Shown: positions 43,606 through 57,964, counted from the stretch's first letter. The stretch: DNA of 64,000 bases from Octopus vulgaris (GCA_951406725.2 OX597835.1:17484001-17548000), one strand, 5' to 3'. The notes: a model not told the origin generated them from the letters alone. Numbers and translations are program-made.

Positions 43606-43968
43606 AAGATTAGGAAGGAAGGAGAAAAAACAAAACGGGAGTAAGAAGAGGATTAATGAATGAAATGAAAGAATTTGAAAACGTAGAAATGAAACAGACA
43701 CAGACATAGAGTCAGACCGACAGACTGACAGACACGGAGAGACAAACGGACAGACATAGAAAGAGAGAGAGAGAGAAGGACAGGCAAGTATATAGACAGA
43801 CAGATTGACAGATGATAGATGAATAACTAGATAGATAGGTAGAGAGACAGATCGACAGACGAACTGATGGATGGATGGGTAGATAGATAGACAGATTAGC
43901 CAGATAGACAAAGAGAAGGGTATATGTATATATATATATATATATATATAGATAGATAGATAGATAGT

Positions 43969-44007
<39 letters not shown>

Positions 44008-44008
44008 G

Positions 44009-44059
<51 letters not shown>

Positions 44060-44158
44060 GTAGATAGATAGATAGATAGATAGATAGCTACCTAGCTAGC
44101 TAGATTGATGACTGGTTGGATAGGTAGATTAGCCAGATAGACAGAGAAAGGAATATAT

Positions 44159-44196
<38 letters not shown>

Positions 44197-44382
44197 AATA
44201 AAATATATGCATATATATAAACATATATGTACGTACCTACCTCTACATGTACATATACACGCATATATGTGTACAGGACACCAAAAAGACGTCGAACACA
44301 TAGAGAGACGAAAAACATAGACACAAACCAAGGAACAAGACAGGCAAAAAAAAGGGAGAGATACAGGACAATAAGCACAACG

Positions 44383-44438
<56 letters not shown>

Positions 44439-44931
44439 AGAGAGATAGAGATAGAGAGAGATAGAATGATGGTCTTACAGAACGAGTTTTCATAAAAGAG
44501 GGAGTAAAAACTAGCGTGGGTAAGAGTAAGGGGGCTCACGTAGTACGAGAGAGAGAGAGAGAGAGAGTAGTAGAAATAAGAGAGCGGAGAGAAGTTGTAG
44601 ATTAGAGGGGGTGCTGTTGAGTAGAGAGAAATAAAAGCAAGAGAAATAATTATTATATTATAGCATTATAGAGAATTATAGAAATTGTGTGAAGTGAAAG
44701 GAGTAGCGAGAGGGAGAGAGAGAAGAATGGTGGGGAAGAATGTGAATATATATGCATGTGGAGATTGAGAGAGAGAGAGGGAGAGAGAGAGAGGGAGGAA
44801 GAGAGAGAGAGGGAGAAAGAGGGAGAGAGACAGAGATGAAGACATAGAAAGAATGAATGTATATGTGTGTGTCTGTGTGAATATCCCTATGTAGCTACAT
44901 AGATATGTAAAAAGAAACGACGACGACGACC

Positions 44932-44964
<33 letters not shown>

Positions 44965-45564
44965 AAGTATTAGTAGTATTAGTAGTAGTGATGGTAGTGG
45001 TAGTAGTTGTAGTGGTGATCTAGTAGTAGTAGCAGTAGTAGTGGTAGTAGTAGTAGTAGTAATGGTAGTAGTAGTTGTAGTAGTGATATTTTACTAGTAG
45101 TAGAGTACATGCTGTGGACAAGGCATAGTACGTGGTAAAGGAAAGAAATCGATAGAATTCGATAGAAAGGGAAAAAGATAAAACGGGGATAAGCAAAGAT
45201 AAGCAAAAAAAAAAGAAACAAAGACAAAATATGCTTGGGTTGATAAATGTATGAAGATGTAAAACGTTTAAAGTAGAATGATGGTACGGAAGAATACAGA
45301 TAAAGATGAAATAACGGCAAAGGAGGAATAATGGTAAGGATGGAGTAATAAAGGTAAGGATTTAATAACGGAAAAAAAGGAGGAGGATGGTTAGAATGAC
45401 TGATGGCGAAGAAGAATGACGGTAAAGATGAATATAGGTACGATGAATAACGTCAAAGAAGAATGGTGGTAAGAATGACTGATATTAAGGAAGAATAAAA
45501 GTAAGGATTTATAAAGGAACTGAGAAATAACGAGAACGTAAAATGAGGGTAAGGATGCATCAAG

Positions 45565-45594
<30 letters not shown>

Positions 45595-45595
<1 letters not shown>

Positions 45596-45820
45596 TTCTT
45601 TACTACCCACAAGGTGCTAAACACAGAGAGGACAAACAAGGACAGACAATCGGATCAAGTCGATTATATCGACCCCAGAGCGTAACTGGTACTTAATTTA
45701 TCGACTCCTAAAGGATGAAAGGCAAAGTCGACCTCGGCAGAATTTGAACCCAGAACGTAACGGCAGATGAAATACGGCTACGCACTTCGTCCGGCGTGCT
45801 AACGTTTCTGCCAGCTCACC
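45595..45820 (-). mobile_element. SINE family B monomer
   Basis: Matches 47523-47754. Confidence 0.9.
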
Positions 45821-45829
45821 CAACAACCT

Positions 45830-46100
45830 TTTTCTTGTTCTACCACTAGGTTTGTCCTCGTTGGCTCAGCGTCAAGAATCCATTTTATAAATTATTTCTG
45901 CCATACTCTAATCATATCTCCATTGTCCTGGAGGTGTGAGCTTCAAATATAGAGAAGTAGCGGCTCCACCTGGGGCCATTCTCTGATGTCCGAGGTACGT
46001 TATCCTGTCGTTATCCTCCTTCGGAGGAACTCTATTTCGACTGCGTGTTTGCCCGTTCATTCCCTTTCGGTCATTACTCGATATTCATATCCATAGGCAA
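45830..46100 (-). mobile_element. Decayed CR1/L2-like LINE 3' end
   Basis: The minus strand ends GGCCCCAGGTGGAGCCGC...GGCAGAAATAATTTATAAAAT after a D..L..VP..P-like segment. Confidence 0.45.
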
Positions 46101-46479
46101 GGATAGACACAATAACTAAATTGAAAGACGGTAAGGAGGGATAATGGAAGGTAGGAATAACAGTAAAGGATAATAATGCTAATGAAGAATACAGGTAACA
46201 ATGAATAAATGGAAATAAAAAAGGAATGTAAGGAAGAATAACGTTATAAGGAGAAATTGGGTGAGAAGGAATATCGGTAGGAAAGGATCAATGAAAGAGC
46301 AGAAAGAATAACTAGGATGAAGTAACGTAGCTATACAATAGATAGATCGATAAACTATCAGTGGTCGATAGGGTATTGTACTTAATTTCATTTCTTGATT
46401 GATCTCATTTTGAAAGTTGATCGTTTGGGTGGGAATGTCAAGAATTACGCACCTATCGTAAAGAGATGATTACGAAATG

Positions 46480-46800
46480 GGTATACTAGTTGCTTAGCTG
46501 TTAAAGTATCCGGCTCGCTATAGTAAGGTCGTGAGTTCGATACCCGCCCGCGCGTGGTGTCCTTGTGCAATACTTTTTATTTCACGTTGTTCCAGTCTAT
46601 CAGATGGCACGGATGAGTTGTGCCTCTTCTTTAAGGGACCGGCCCTATTACGTTCTTTTTCACGTTGAGTCTGCCTAAGAATTACGGTAAGGGTACGCGT
46701 GTCTGTGGAGTGCTCAGCCACTTGTACGGTAATTTCAATAGCAGGCAGTTCCATTGCTTGGAGGAACTGGAACCATCATCGTCGTAACCGTCGGAATTCT
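46480..46800 (+). mobile_element. SINE family C, diverged
   Basis: GAGTTCGATACCC B-box; GTGTCTGTGGAGTGCTCAGCCACTTG tail. Confidence 0.82.
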
Positions 46801-46802
46801 GC

Positions 46803-46865
<63 letters not shown>

Positions 46866-47169
46866 TATGTGTGTGTGTGTGTGTGTCGCTATCTTCCAAT
46901 TAAGACACCTCCTACACGTCTATAAAACATTATAAATACGTGCATATATGCATACACACACATTCAGGTGGGTATTCGCAATTTAGATCCGATAGGCAAC
47001 AAGTACGGTGGCTACTAAAATGACGGAGGGTGCAGGTAAGTACCAGGATTACTAGAAATAGGAGCCAAAACAACTCTTAGAAACGTGAGAGCTCTTTTCT
47101 AACGGCTGATAAAGGAGACAGGCTTCCTCCCTACTACAAGCAAGATGGAGTCATATATATAAGGAGGAT

Positions 47170-47470
47170 CACTCCGTCGGTTAAGGCGTCGAGGGTCCCA
47201 GCTGATACGATCAACGGAACAGCTTGCTCGTGAAATTAACGTGCAAGTGACTGAGAACGCCACAGGCACGTGTACCCTTAGGGATGTTCAGCGTGACACA
47301 AAGTGTAACAATGTTGGCCCTTTGAAATATTACTCGTTTTTGCCAGCTGAGTGGATTGGAGCAACGTGAAATAAAGTGTCTTGCTCAAGGACACAACGCG
47401 TCGCCTGGGATTGAACTCACGACATTACGATCATAAGCCAAATCCCAAACCACTAAGCCACGCGCCTTCA
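47170..47470 (-). mobile_element. SINE family C
   Basis: CACTCCGTCGGTTA...CTCGTGAAATTAACGTGCAAGTG...CCACTAAGCCACGCGCCTTCA. Confidence 0.88.
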
Positions 47471-47522
47471 CATACACAGACACATATATATGTGCATGTA
47501 TAAAGTGTATATGATATATATA

Positions 47523-47754
47523 TATTTCTTTACTGCCCACAAGGGGCTAAACAGAGAGGGGACAAACAAGGACAGACAAAGGGATTATGTTGATTACATC
47601 AACCCCAGTGCGTAACTGGTACTTAATTTATCGACCCCGAAAGGATGAAAGGCAAAGTCGACCTCGGCGGAATTTGAACTCAGAACGTAACGATAGACGA
47701 AATACCGCTAAGCATTTCGCCCAGCGCGCTAATGCTTCTGCCAGCACGCCGCCT
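47523..47754 (-). mobile_element. SINE family B monomer
   Basis: Complete reverse copy ending CTGCCAGCACGCCGCC. Confidence 0.92.
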
Positions 47755-48233
47755 ATGATATATAGAGGCACGCAAACTCACAAACCATACCAATGTTTGT
47801 TAGTTTTACGGACTTACTAAGAAGTAACACAGGTTTCTAAATAGCAATTTCTCGTGTACCCGGTCACCTCATTTCATCCACTTGTCACATTGAATTATGT
47901 GTAGATCGATCAAGGACACGGCTATGTCGTCATCGTCCTAGTTTCATTGTTTGAAGTCGTTTAATTGAGCTTAATGTTAATGCCTCTTTCTCTTTGTACA
48001 GTAGCTTCTCTCTGTCCATGTCAAACGGCAGCAAAACAATAACCGGGTTGATTTACATAATTAGTGCAAATAGTTAATGCGTTTCAATTAAGTAGAGACG
48101 GAATGAAATTGATATTTCTACATATACATAATTTCCTTAAACATACATATATATATAGTTACTTCCATAAATACATAAACACAGACACACATAGACACAC
48201 TCATACACATACATATGCACTTATTTGCACATG

Positions 48234-48267
<34 letters not shown>

Positions 48268-48577
48268 TGTATGTATGTATGTATGTATGTATGTATGTAT
48301 GTATGTATAGGCGATTGTTTGTTGGTGTGGTTTAAGAAGTTCCCCTTCAAAGCAGATAGTGTCGGATTTCGTCCCCTTTCGAGGAACCTTGTGACTGAAT
48401 TTGATAGATGCCAGCTGAGTGGAAATCCGTTGTATATATATGTATGTATATGCGTATATACATATGTATATGTATGTAGATATATATATATATATATGCA
48501 TATATACACACACATGTGTATGTGTATAAATATATATATATATGCATATATACACACACGAGTATGTATGTATGTGA

Positions 48578-48611
<34 letters not shown>

Positions 48612-49438
48612 ATGTATGTATGTGCGCGAGTGTAGGCGTGTGTCTTTTTGATGGCCGCTTAGGGTTGACAACCACCCTTTGTTGTTTGTTTACGGCCACG
48701 TAAATTAGCGGTTCGCTATAAACAGATCGATAGAAAACAAAGTCTTTGAAATAATTCCGGTTGCCGGTCTATTTTATCGTTTAAAGCGTTCAAGGCTATA
48801 CTGCAGCCGGACCGCTACGATAATTGCTAAACAACTCTGAAACGTGTAAGATTTTTATCAGACGCCGGCCCTGAGTCAGAGGACCTATAATCAAAGACAC
48901 TCTAACTGTAGCCACTTCAACTTATTTTAATCAAACACGGAACATCTACGATCGTCATCTTTAATGTGTTGAAACAAAGGGCTGTGTCCTACTTCTTGGT
49001 CATTAAAGGAAACCGCTGAGATTCCATCTTTGACTCTTTCTAAGGAATTATTTAAAGAATGTTTCGTTTTGCATTCGGTCTGCAAGATTCTGTATATAAA
49101 CCCGAGTTAAAGAGAGCATGTAATTGTAGAGAATGCAAAAGGAAACGAAAGGCCATTCAAAAATATAATATGAGTGGTTGATTAAACGAACGGATATATA
49201 AACGGTAGATCAGTTACTTAGTTTAAATGCCTAAAAAATTGAAGACTATCGAAGAAGTGAATTAGAATCAGTGCGTGTATTTATTATTGACGTAATGATC
49301 CTCCCGAGGTACGACAAAATTACCGAATGATTAGATAATTATCAAGTGCATTAATAAAGGTAGCTTAGTTAGGATTGCGGCAAATTTTTGTAGTATTCTG
49401 GACAGCAGAAAATTTTAATATTAACCCCATCTTGAGAA

Positions 49439-49850
49439 GGCGGCACGCTGGCGGAATCGTCAGCACGCCGGGCGAAATGCTTAGTGGTATTTCGTCTGTC
49501 TTTACGTTCTGAGTTCAAATTTCACCGAGGTCGACTTTGCTTTTCATCCTTTCGGGGTCGATAAATCAAGTACCAGTTGCGTACTGAGGTTGATCTAATC
49601 GACTGCATCCTTCCCCCAAAATTTTGGGTCTTGTGCCTAGAGTAGAAAAGGAATCGTCAGCATACAAGATAAATTGTTCATCGGTATTTCGTCTGTCTTT
49701 ATGTCCTGAGTTCAAATTCCGCCGGATCGACTTTGCCTTTCGTCATTTCGGATTCAATAAAATATGAACCGGTGGAGTGCTGGGCTCTATTTAATAAACT
49801 TAACCTCTTCTCCGAAACTGCTGGTTTTATGCCAAAATTTGAAACCAATA
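49439..49850 (+). mobile_element. Two tandem SINE family B units
   Basis: GGCGGCACGCTGGCGGAATCG head and two GAGTTCAAATT...GACTTTGC cores. Confidence 0.85.
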
Positions 49851-50865
49851 CCACACCCATCTCATGAGACAGGTATAATAATGTAATAATGCTGCCATTT
49901 CAATAAAAATGCAGTCGTCTCATAAAATGCCATGCTGCACTTTACATTCACGAAACGTGATCTTCATTTCATATTGGGAAATTGCTTACATCGCGTGGTT
50001 TTGTGGAGAGGTTATTGGTGTCAAGATCATAATCCTTGTTAGCCAGAAGGTCAATTCTTTATAAAAACCTCCGTGCACATTTTTGCCAAATATATAGGAA
50101 TCTAGAGGAAGTAGTGAATAACCTTAACTGCGGGACTCTCAGCAATGTGCGTGTGGGCCGATAAGGGTCATTTTATACATGTGTCCACTCGAAACTCTGG
50201 ATACTATTACATGATAATATTACCAATGCACACACACGTACACACACAATTCCAGAAATATAGGCCTTCATGCTTGTGGTCCTGCTATTTCCTAGAAATA
50301 GCAGCCAAATGCTCATGCTCCTTGTGGCAGTTTGGCGCGGTGGAAATGAAACATCGAGATCCTTCGCACCTGAACGGGATTTGGGGTGAGTTGTCTCGCC
50401 TATCTATGACTTCCGTGTATTTTAACTTCCGATGCTTTGAGGAAATCATCTCCACCTCCGAAATTTGCAACCTAGCAGCGAACAAACAAAACGCATACAC
50501 TGAGTATGCGCTTCCGATAATGTTTACACCATTAGCGCTGTTTCCAGTTTATATTTGAATTTATTTTTACGCAGAGCGTCGGGTCATAACGGCAAATGGT
50601 TTTCATACTATTCAGTTCGCTTCCGATTCGATTCAAGTACGCCATGTTGGTAAGCCACAAAAAATGGTGAAACATCGATGTCGATCGCTCCTGAATGGGA
50701 TTTAAAGTGAGTTGTCTCGCTTGTCTATGCTTTTCAACTGTTTTACCGGGGCCTTTGAAAGAGTCAATCTCACCGTCACATAATACAGCCTACTACCGAA
50801 GGACAAGCAAAATACATATACTGAGGATGTGTGTTCGATAATATTACTCTCTCTCTCTCTTTTCT

Positions 50866-51252
50866 CTCTTTTACTTGTTTCAGTCATTTGACTGCGGCCA
50901 TTCTGGAGCACCGCCTTTACTCGAGCAACTCGACCCCGGGACTTACTCTTTTGTAAGCCCAGTACTTATTCTATCGGTCTCTTTTGCCGAACCGCTAAGT
51001 AACGGGGACATAAACACACCAGCATCGGTTGTCAAGCAATGCTAGGGGGACAAACGCAGACACACAAATACACACACGCATATATATATACATATACATA
51101 TACACGACGGGCTTCTTTCAGTTTCCGTCTACCAAATCCACGCACAAGGCATTGGTCGGCCCGAGGCTATAGTAGAAGACACTTGCCTAAGGTGCCACGC
51201 AGCGGGACTGAACCCGGAACCATGTGGCTGGTAAGCAAGCTACTTACCACAC
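50866..51252 (-). mobile_element. SINE family A, young copy
   Basis: Close to the 6831-7205 copy. Confidence 0.92.
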
Positions 51253-51748
51253 GTATTATATACACGCGTATGTATGTGTGTAAAGCTTAAAACTAAACCG
51301 TATGAACATGTCCGTAATTAATTTTAATCGCAAGACTTCAAGTTAAACACTAGCCTGTGGTTAAAACGTAGCAAAGGCCCAACACAGCGTTACTAAGTAC
51401 ATCAACAGAGTACTGCAGCCTCTACCAGGAATTGCCACACTGCCCGGATTATTACCAATCCTACTACTACCATTACAGAATGATCTCAGCGTTAATAGAC
51501 GGCTGGCCACGTCTCTCATCAGGATTGCACGTACCATATTAGTTGAGCAACATTGCATCACGTCTGTAAAGAAGCATAAACCTATTTTTCAACCGTGTGT
51601 TGCGTGATATCTCTCAATCACAGTCGTATGCATGAGTGTCTGTCTGTCTGTCTATCTATCCGTTTATTTGTGTGTGTATTATATATATATATATATATAT
51701 ATATACATACATATAGATACAGAGAAGAGACGGAGATAAATATATATA

Positions 51749-51821
<73 letters not shown>

Positions 51822-51884
51822 GTGACATATACATATATATATATATATATATATACATCATATATAATATATATATATATATAT

Positions 51885-51916
<32 letters not shown>

Positions 51917-52029
51917 ATGCATATATATATACACACATATATACATGCATACATATATATATATATATATACATGCATACATATATATACATGCATACAT
52001 ATATATACATGCATACATATATATACATG

Positions 52030-52068
<39 letters not shown>

Positions 52069-52069
52069 G

Positions 52070-52113
<44 letters not shown>

Positions 52114-52165
52114 TTTGTGAATATACACACATATATATATATGTGAGTGTATATATATATATATT

Positions 52166-52197
<32 letters not shown>

Positions 52198-52263
52198 CAC
52201 ATATATACACACATATGTATATATACGTGTATATATATAAAATATATTTTATATATATACACG

Positions 52264-52299
<36 letters not shown>

Positions 52300-52579
52300 C
52301 ACATATATATAAATCACTGAATCATTCAACAGTCGCACGCACATCTGTATGTGTGTGATTGTATAATGGCGTAATAATGTTTTTAATACAATAATTGAAT
52401 TTTAACAATAATTGAATTTCTATTGCAATCATTTTGCCATCTCTATTTCACTTCCTGCAGTAGTAGTAGTAGTACTGGTTGTGGCTGTAGTGGTAGTAGT
52501 AGTGATGTTGATAATATTGCATCTCATTGGAGTCCTTTAGCTACTGTCTCATCCGCCCTCCTCTGACTACTACTACTAG

Positions 52580-52622
<43 letters not shown>

Positions 52623-53277
52623 GCTACTATTGCTGCTGCTTTTAGTGCGACTAATCCGATTAGTTAATTGGTCATGTATGTTATATAATTATTGATTACC
52701 ATCTTTTACACCAATCCATAATAGTATCAGGACGGCTGGAGACGTGTAGGTGTAGTAAGAGGAGATGCTAAAAGATGAAACGGAGAAGTCGTAGTCCATT
52801 AAACGCACTTTGCTTCGACGACGATGCCCCAGCCTGGCCTTTGTCTTGATGGCTAAGTTAAAATAAAGAACCAAGAATGCCTAAAAAATCGGAAGGAGAG
52901 AAGGGCAAACAAACAATAGCCTTGACGCCATGTCATTTGAAATCATGACAAAAATATGAAAGGTGATTTTATATCTTTCTTAGTTGCCGCCATTTTGAAT
53001 GATGGACCCCCTAATACACGACTGGTACATATTGCAGTGATTTGCAAAGTGTTAAAGATTGCCCTTGTGGGGTTTGAACTCAGATCGCACAAACTAATAG
53101 ATTAAAAACAGCGAAGCATTTTCTCCGATATTCTACAGAAACAGTCGTCATTCATTAAACTATCCATCTGCGAACCCTAGTGTATGTCTGGTACTTATGT
53201 TCCACCAAACGGTACTTGAGTCTATGACAAAAGCCAACGAAAGTATCATCTACGCGTCAAACCACCTGTTATATAAA

Positions 53278-53507
53278 GGCGGCGAGCTGGCAGAAACGTT
53301 AGCACGCCGGACGAAATGCGTAGCCGTATTTCTTCTGCCGTTACATTCTGGGTTCAAATTCCGCCGAGGTCGACTTTGCCTTTCATCCTTTCGAGGCCGA
53401 TAAATTAAGTACCAGTTACGCACTGGGGTCGATGTAATCGACTTAATACCTATGTATGTCCTTGTTTGTCCCTTCTATGTTTAGCCCCTTGTGGGTAATA
53501 AAGAAAC
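53278..53507 (+). mobile_element. SINE family B monomer
   Basis: GGCGGCGAGCTGGCAGAAACGTTAGCACGCC...GTGGGTAATAAAGAAA. Confidence 0.92.
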
Positions 53508-54061
53508 ATACATAAAGCAGCAGGACTTTCCTCAGAACACACGAAACGGGTTTAGAAGGTTACACGATGGATGACGTGTTGAAGGGCTCCCATGTACAAA
53601 TAAAAACTGTAGGCGGAATCATGACGGCTGGGACATCATTACCCATAAAGTCATACGATGAAAGATTATTTCTGGCTAAGCAGCTACAATAACTGATCTC
53701 CAATGAAATAGAACACAGCATATTTTCTGCACATTCAATGATGTGACTAGGCAGTTATTTGTCCGCCGTGCTAACGATTCTGCGTGCTCGCTTCCTATTT
53801 GAGTGGGCAGTGGCAGATCCAACAGGCTGCAGCACTTCACTGGTACGTTGTTTTATCGTCCCGGACAGATAAAACGTTAATTAAACTTCGGCAGAATTCG
53901 AAATCAGAAGATAATATATCGCAAAAATTGACACAAAGAATTTCTTTTTGATACTTTAACGACTCTGCGAAACCGCCACCCTTATCATAGTTTCTAATTG
54001 AGGCACAAACTCAACAATTTTAATGTGCAATGGTCATCTGTCGACATCACATACTCCTGTA

Positions 54062-54320
54062 CTATCTGAATCTGAAATCGCTAACCAGCGACCAGAGGTG
54101 TAGGTTCTCCTCTTAAGCAATACGCTGCTGTAGATGCCGATGGATGACGGACATGGGTGATGTTATTCTACGCTTTCCGATCCATGGCTTTGGCCGTAAC
54201 ATGTTGGAGGTCGAGGCGTTACGACTTCAGGTCTTCCTCAATTTGTTTCACCCATACCTTCTTTGGTACACAGCACTGAATGCTCCCATGCGTAGGTCGC
54301 TGCCAGCCTCGTACTAGAAT
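54062..54320 (-). mobile_element. RTE-like LINE 3' fragment
   Basis: Minus strand WQRPTHGS...PKKVWVKQIEEDLKS-like RTE C-terminus with a short (TTCAGA)n tail. Confidence 0.6.
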
Positions 54321-55056
54321 GGCACTACATTCTATCGACCTTAGAAATTGACTTTGAGTGTGATTTGAAATCAAAATATAAGGATGCGGAACAAATACCG
54401 TATAGAATCTTGGTTCACACTCTCACGATTTTGCCATTCCGAAACCCTTTCGTAAATTTCAATTTATGCTCAAGGTCAGAAATTTCGAAGATGCCTGCGT
54501 TTGACTAGCACTTTATTAAACAAATAAAACATTGATGGAATTTAAACTTAGAGCGTGAAGACCCGCAACAAATGTAATAATTTTGTCCGACTCTCTAACG
54601 TTTCTGCCAAATAATAATAGTTAAAAATTTTTGCACAAAGCGAGGAATTTTTTTGTTTTTAGTGTGGCTGTAAGTGGATTACATTCAGCTGATTGCTCAG
54701 CTGTTGTGTTATTTTATCGATTTTATCGATTAAAAAGGACGAAAGGCAAAGTTGATTTCCGGGGAATTTTAACTTAAAGCGTAAAGAGCGGGAATAAATA
54801 TCCTATGGCCATTTTGTCCAACGCCCGAACGATACAGCTAAATAAATAATAACTGCATTTGACACAGCAGCTCCGAATAAAGGGGAGAGTGGAAAGAGCG
54901 ATTATATAAATGATGTGTGCGTTTAGGTGGGAGGTTTTATTAAACCGGTTACAGAAGAAAAGAAATTGTGGTATAAATATTAAATATAATTATAAACAAC
55001 ACGGGTAATAATTATTGCAGTCTCACTAATTACATTATATATTATTATTATTATTA

Positions 55057-55108
<52 letters not shown>

Positions 55109-55110
<2 letters not shown>

Positions 55111-55830
55111 CGGCGAGCTGGCAGAGTCCTTAGCACGCCGGGCGAAATGTTTAGCGGTATTTCGCCTGCCGCTACGTTCTGTGTTCAAATTTCGCCGAGG
55201 TCGACTTTCGGGGTTTATAAGTCAAGTACAAATTGAGTACTGGGTCGATGTTATAGATTGTCTCCCTGCCAGAGAAAAATTTAGGTCTTGTACCTATTGC
55301 ACAAAGGATCATTATTACTATTCTTCTACTTCTTCTTCTTCTTCTTCTTCTTCTTATTATTATTATTATTATCATCATTATCATAATTTTTATTATTATT
55401 ATTATCATCATCATCATCGTCGTTAATTAATTAAGCTGGCGAATTGGCAGAATCGGTAGAACGTTAGACGAAACGCTTAGCGGTATTTCGCCTGCCGTGA
55501 AGTTGTGAGTTCAAATTCCGCCGAGGTCGACTTTGCCTTTCATCCTTTCGGGTTCGATAAATTAAGTACCAGCTACGCACTGGGGTCGATATAATCGACT
55601 TAATCCGTTTGTCTGCCCTTGTTTGTTCTTTCTGTGTTTAGCCCCTTGTGGGTAGTAAAGAAATAGGTACTTCGCCTTTCGCTGAGTTCTGAGTTCAAAT
55701 TCTGTTCAGGCCGTATATGCCTTTCACCCTCTCTTTGTCGATAAATTAAATTCCAGTTGAGAGGGTCGATGTAATCGAATAGTCTCTTTGCACCATATTT
55801 CAAAGCCTTGTTCCTTCAGTAGCAAAAAAT
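55109..55830 (+). mobile_element. SINE family B cluster (monomer at 55109-55305, dimer at 55435-55830) in (TTA)n
   Basis: Family B heads and cores, with the dimer junction AAAGAAATA|GGTACTTCG. Confidence 0.87.
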
Positions 55831-56749
55831 ATTATAATCCTCTTCTTTCAATTTTCTTTCCGTTTCTTGCCGATTGTCTTCCCGACACCTAGGGCAAAGA
55901 GACCCCTTCCTTGTTCCCCGAAATTATTATTCTTATTATTATCGTTGTATTTGTTGTTGCTTTGAGGTATTGTCGCTGTCGTTTTATAATCATTATTAGT
56001 AGTAGTAACAGCAGTCGTAGTAGCAGTAGTATTTTACACTAATTTAACCTACCACTACACTTACTGCTGCCACTACTATATCTCAAGCTGTTCATATCTA
56101 ATGCAAAAATCATTATCGTATTGCAGATAATTCTTTTTTTTTTTTTTTTTGGTTTTAAGAATGTTCATCATGGCGATGATGATCGTCATCATTATGATGA
56201 TCATCGTCTGCACCAGCGCCACCACCTATATCACCACGACCACCACGACTACCAGCAGCACTTCCATCACCACCACCACCACCATACAATCGTCACCACC
56301 ACCACCTCCGGTACTACCACTACAACCACTGCCATTACAAGTATCATCATCGCCACCACCACCACCACCACCACCACCACCACCACCACTACTAACAACG
56401 CCGCCGCCGCCGCCACCACAACCACCAACGTTATCGTCATCATCATCTTCATCATCATCATCATCATTACTATCAGCCACGCTGCGAACGTCACCATAAC
56501 AACCACCGCCATGACAAACCACTACAATCATGAGCCATTACCGTCATCATCATCATGATCATCATCTCCGTCGTCTTCATCCTCCTCCTCATCATCATCA
56601 TCATCTTCATCATCATTAGCATAACCGTCGTTACCCCAGTAGTTAGCTGTATTATCATCCCCATCATTAACATCATTATTATCACTATCATTATCAGCGC
56701 AACCACCAGCCACTACCACCACCACCAACATCATCATCATCATCATCGC

Positions 56750-57524
56750 CACCACTAAAAACACCACCACCACCACCATCATCATCATCATCGCCACCAC
56801 TAAAAACACCCCCACCACCAGCACCAACACTAACACCCCTATCATCATCATTATCATCATCGCCACCACTAAAAACACCCCCACCACCAGCACCAACACT
56901 AACACCACTATCATCATCATTATCATCATCATCGCCACCACTAAAAACGCCCCCACCACCAGCACCAACACTAACACCACTATCATCATCATTATCATCA
57001 TCATCGCCACCACTAAAAACACCCCCACCACCAGCACCAACACTAACACCCCTATCATCATCATTATCATCATCATCGCCACCACTAAAAACACCCCCAC
57101 CACCAGCACCAACACTAACACCACTATCATCATCATTATCATCATCATCGCCACCACTAAAAACGTCCCCACCACCAGCACCAACACTAACACCACTATC
57201 ATCATCATTATCATCATCATCGCCACCACTAAAAACACCCCCACCACCAGCACCAACACTAACACCCCTATCATCATCATTATCATCATCATCGCCACCA
57301 CTAAAAACACCCCCACCACCAGCACCAACACTAACACCACTATCATCATCATTATCATCATCATCGCCACCACTAAAAACGCCCCCACCACCAGCACCAA
57401 CACTAACACCACTATCATCATCATTATCATCATCATCGCCACCACTAAAAACGCCCCCACCACCAGCACCAACACTAACACCACTATCATCATCATTATC
57501 ATCATCATCGCCACCACTAAAAAC

Positions 57525-57558
<34 letters not shown>

Positions 57559-57580
57559 TCATCATCGCCACCACTAAAAT
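56750..57580. repeat. 72-bp minisatellite, about 10 full units
   Basis: Unit ACCACTAAAAACRCCCCCACCACCAGCACCAACACTAACACCMCTATCATCATCATTATCATCATCATCGCC. CTAAAAAC recurs every 72 nt from about 56869 to 57517. Confidence 0.95.
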
Positions 57581-57964
57581 ACCACCACCACCACCACTAC
57601 CACTATCATCATCATCATCGTCGTCTTCCCAACAAGCGCTACCGAAAACCACCATCTTTTCCATCCCTTTCCTCCACCCTCCTCGCCCCGCACCTCCCGG
57701 TTCTGCTCCTCCTCCTCCTCCTATTCTTCTATTCCCCTCCTCCGCCCCCTTCCCTCCCTCCTTCTCCTCGTCGTAGTTATCCTTTAAACGAGACTATTTC
57801 ATTTTCTGCATTTTTTTTTTCTTTTTTCCTGTTAAATTTTATAATTTATTTTTTTTCCATTTCTCTCTATTTGCTGGAATTATGGAAATCAGATCTGTAC
57901 TATTGATTAATTATCAGTGTTTGAAACACATCTGTACACAACCACACACACACACACAAACACT

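Noticed and set aside
51465-51525. Bantam-like seed TGAGATCATT and a CUGAUGA plus stem motif on the minus strand
   Set aside because: No precursor hairpin, and no GAAA box or stem III after the stem, so neither a miRNA nor a hammerhead.
56800-57520. CRISPR-like regular repeat
   Set aside because: Units are wholly repeated with no unique spacers, and the context is eukaryotic with no cas genes.
56528-57664. 378-aa hydrophobic repeat ORF
   Set aside because: A by-product of the 72-bp minisatellite, whose triplet composition lacks stops in several frames.
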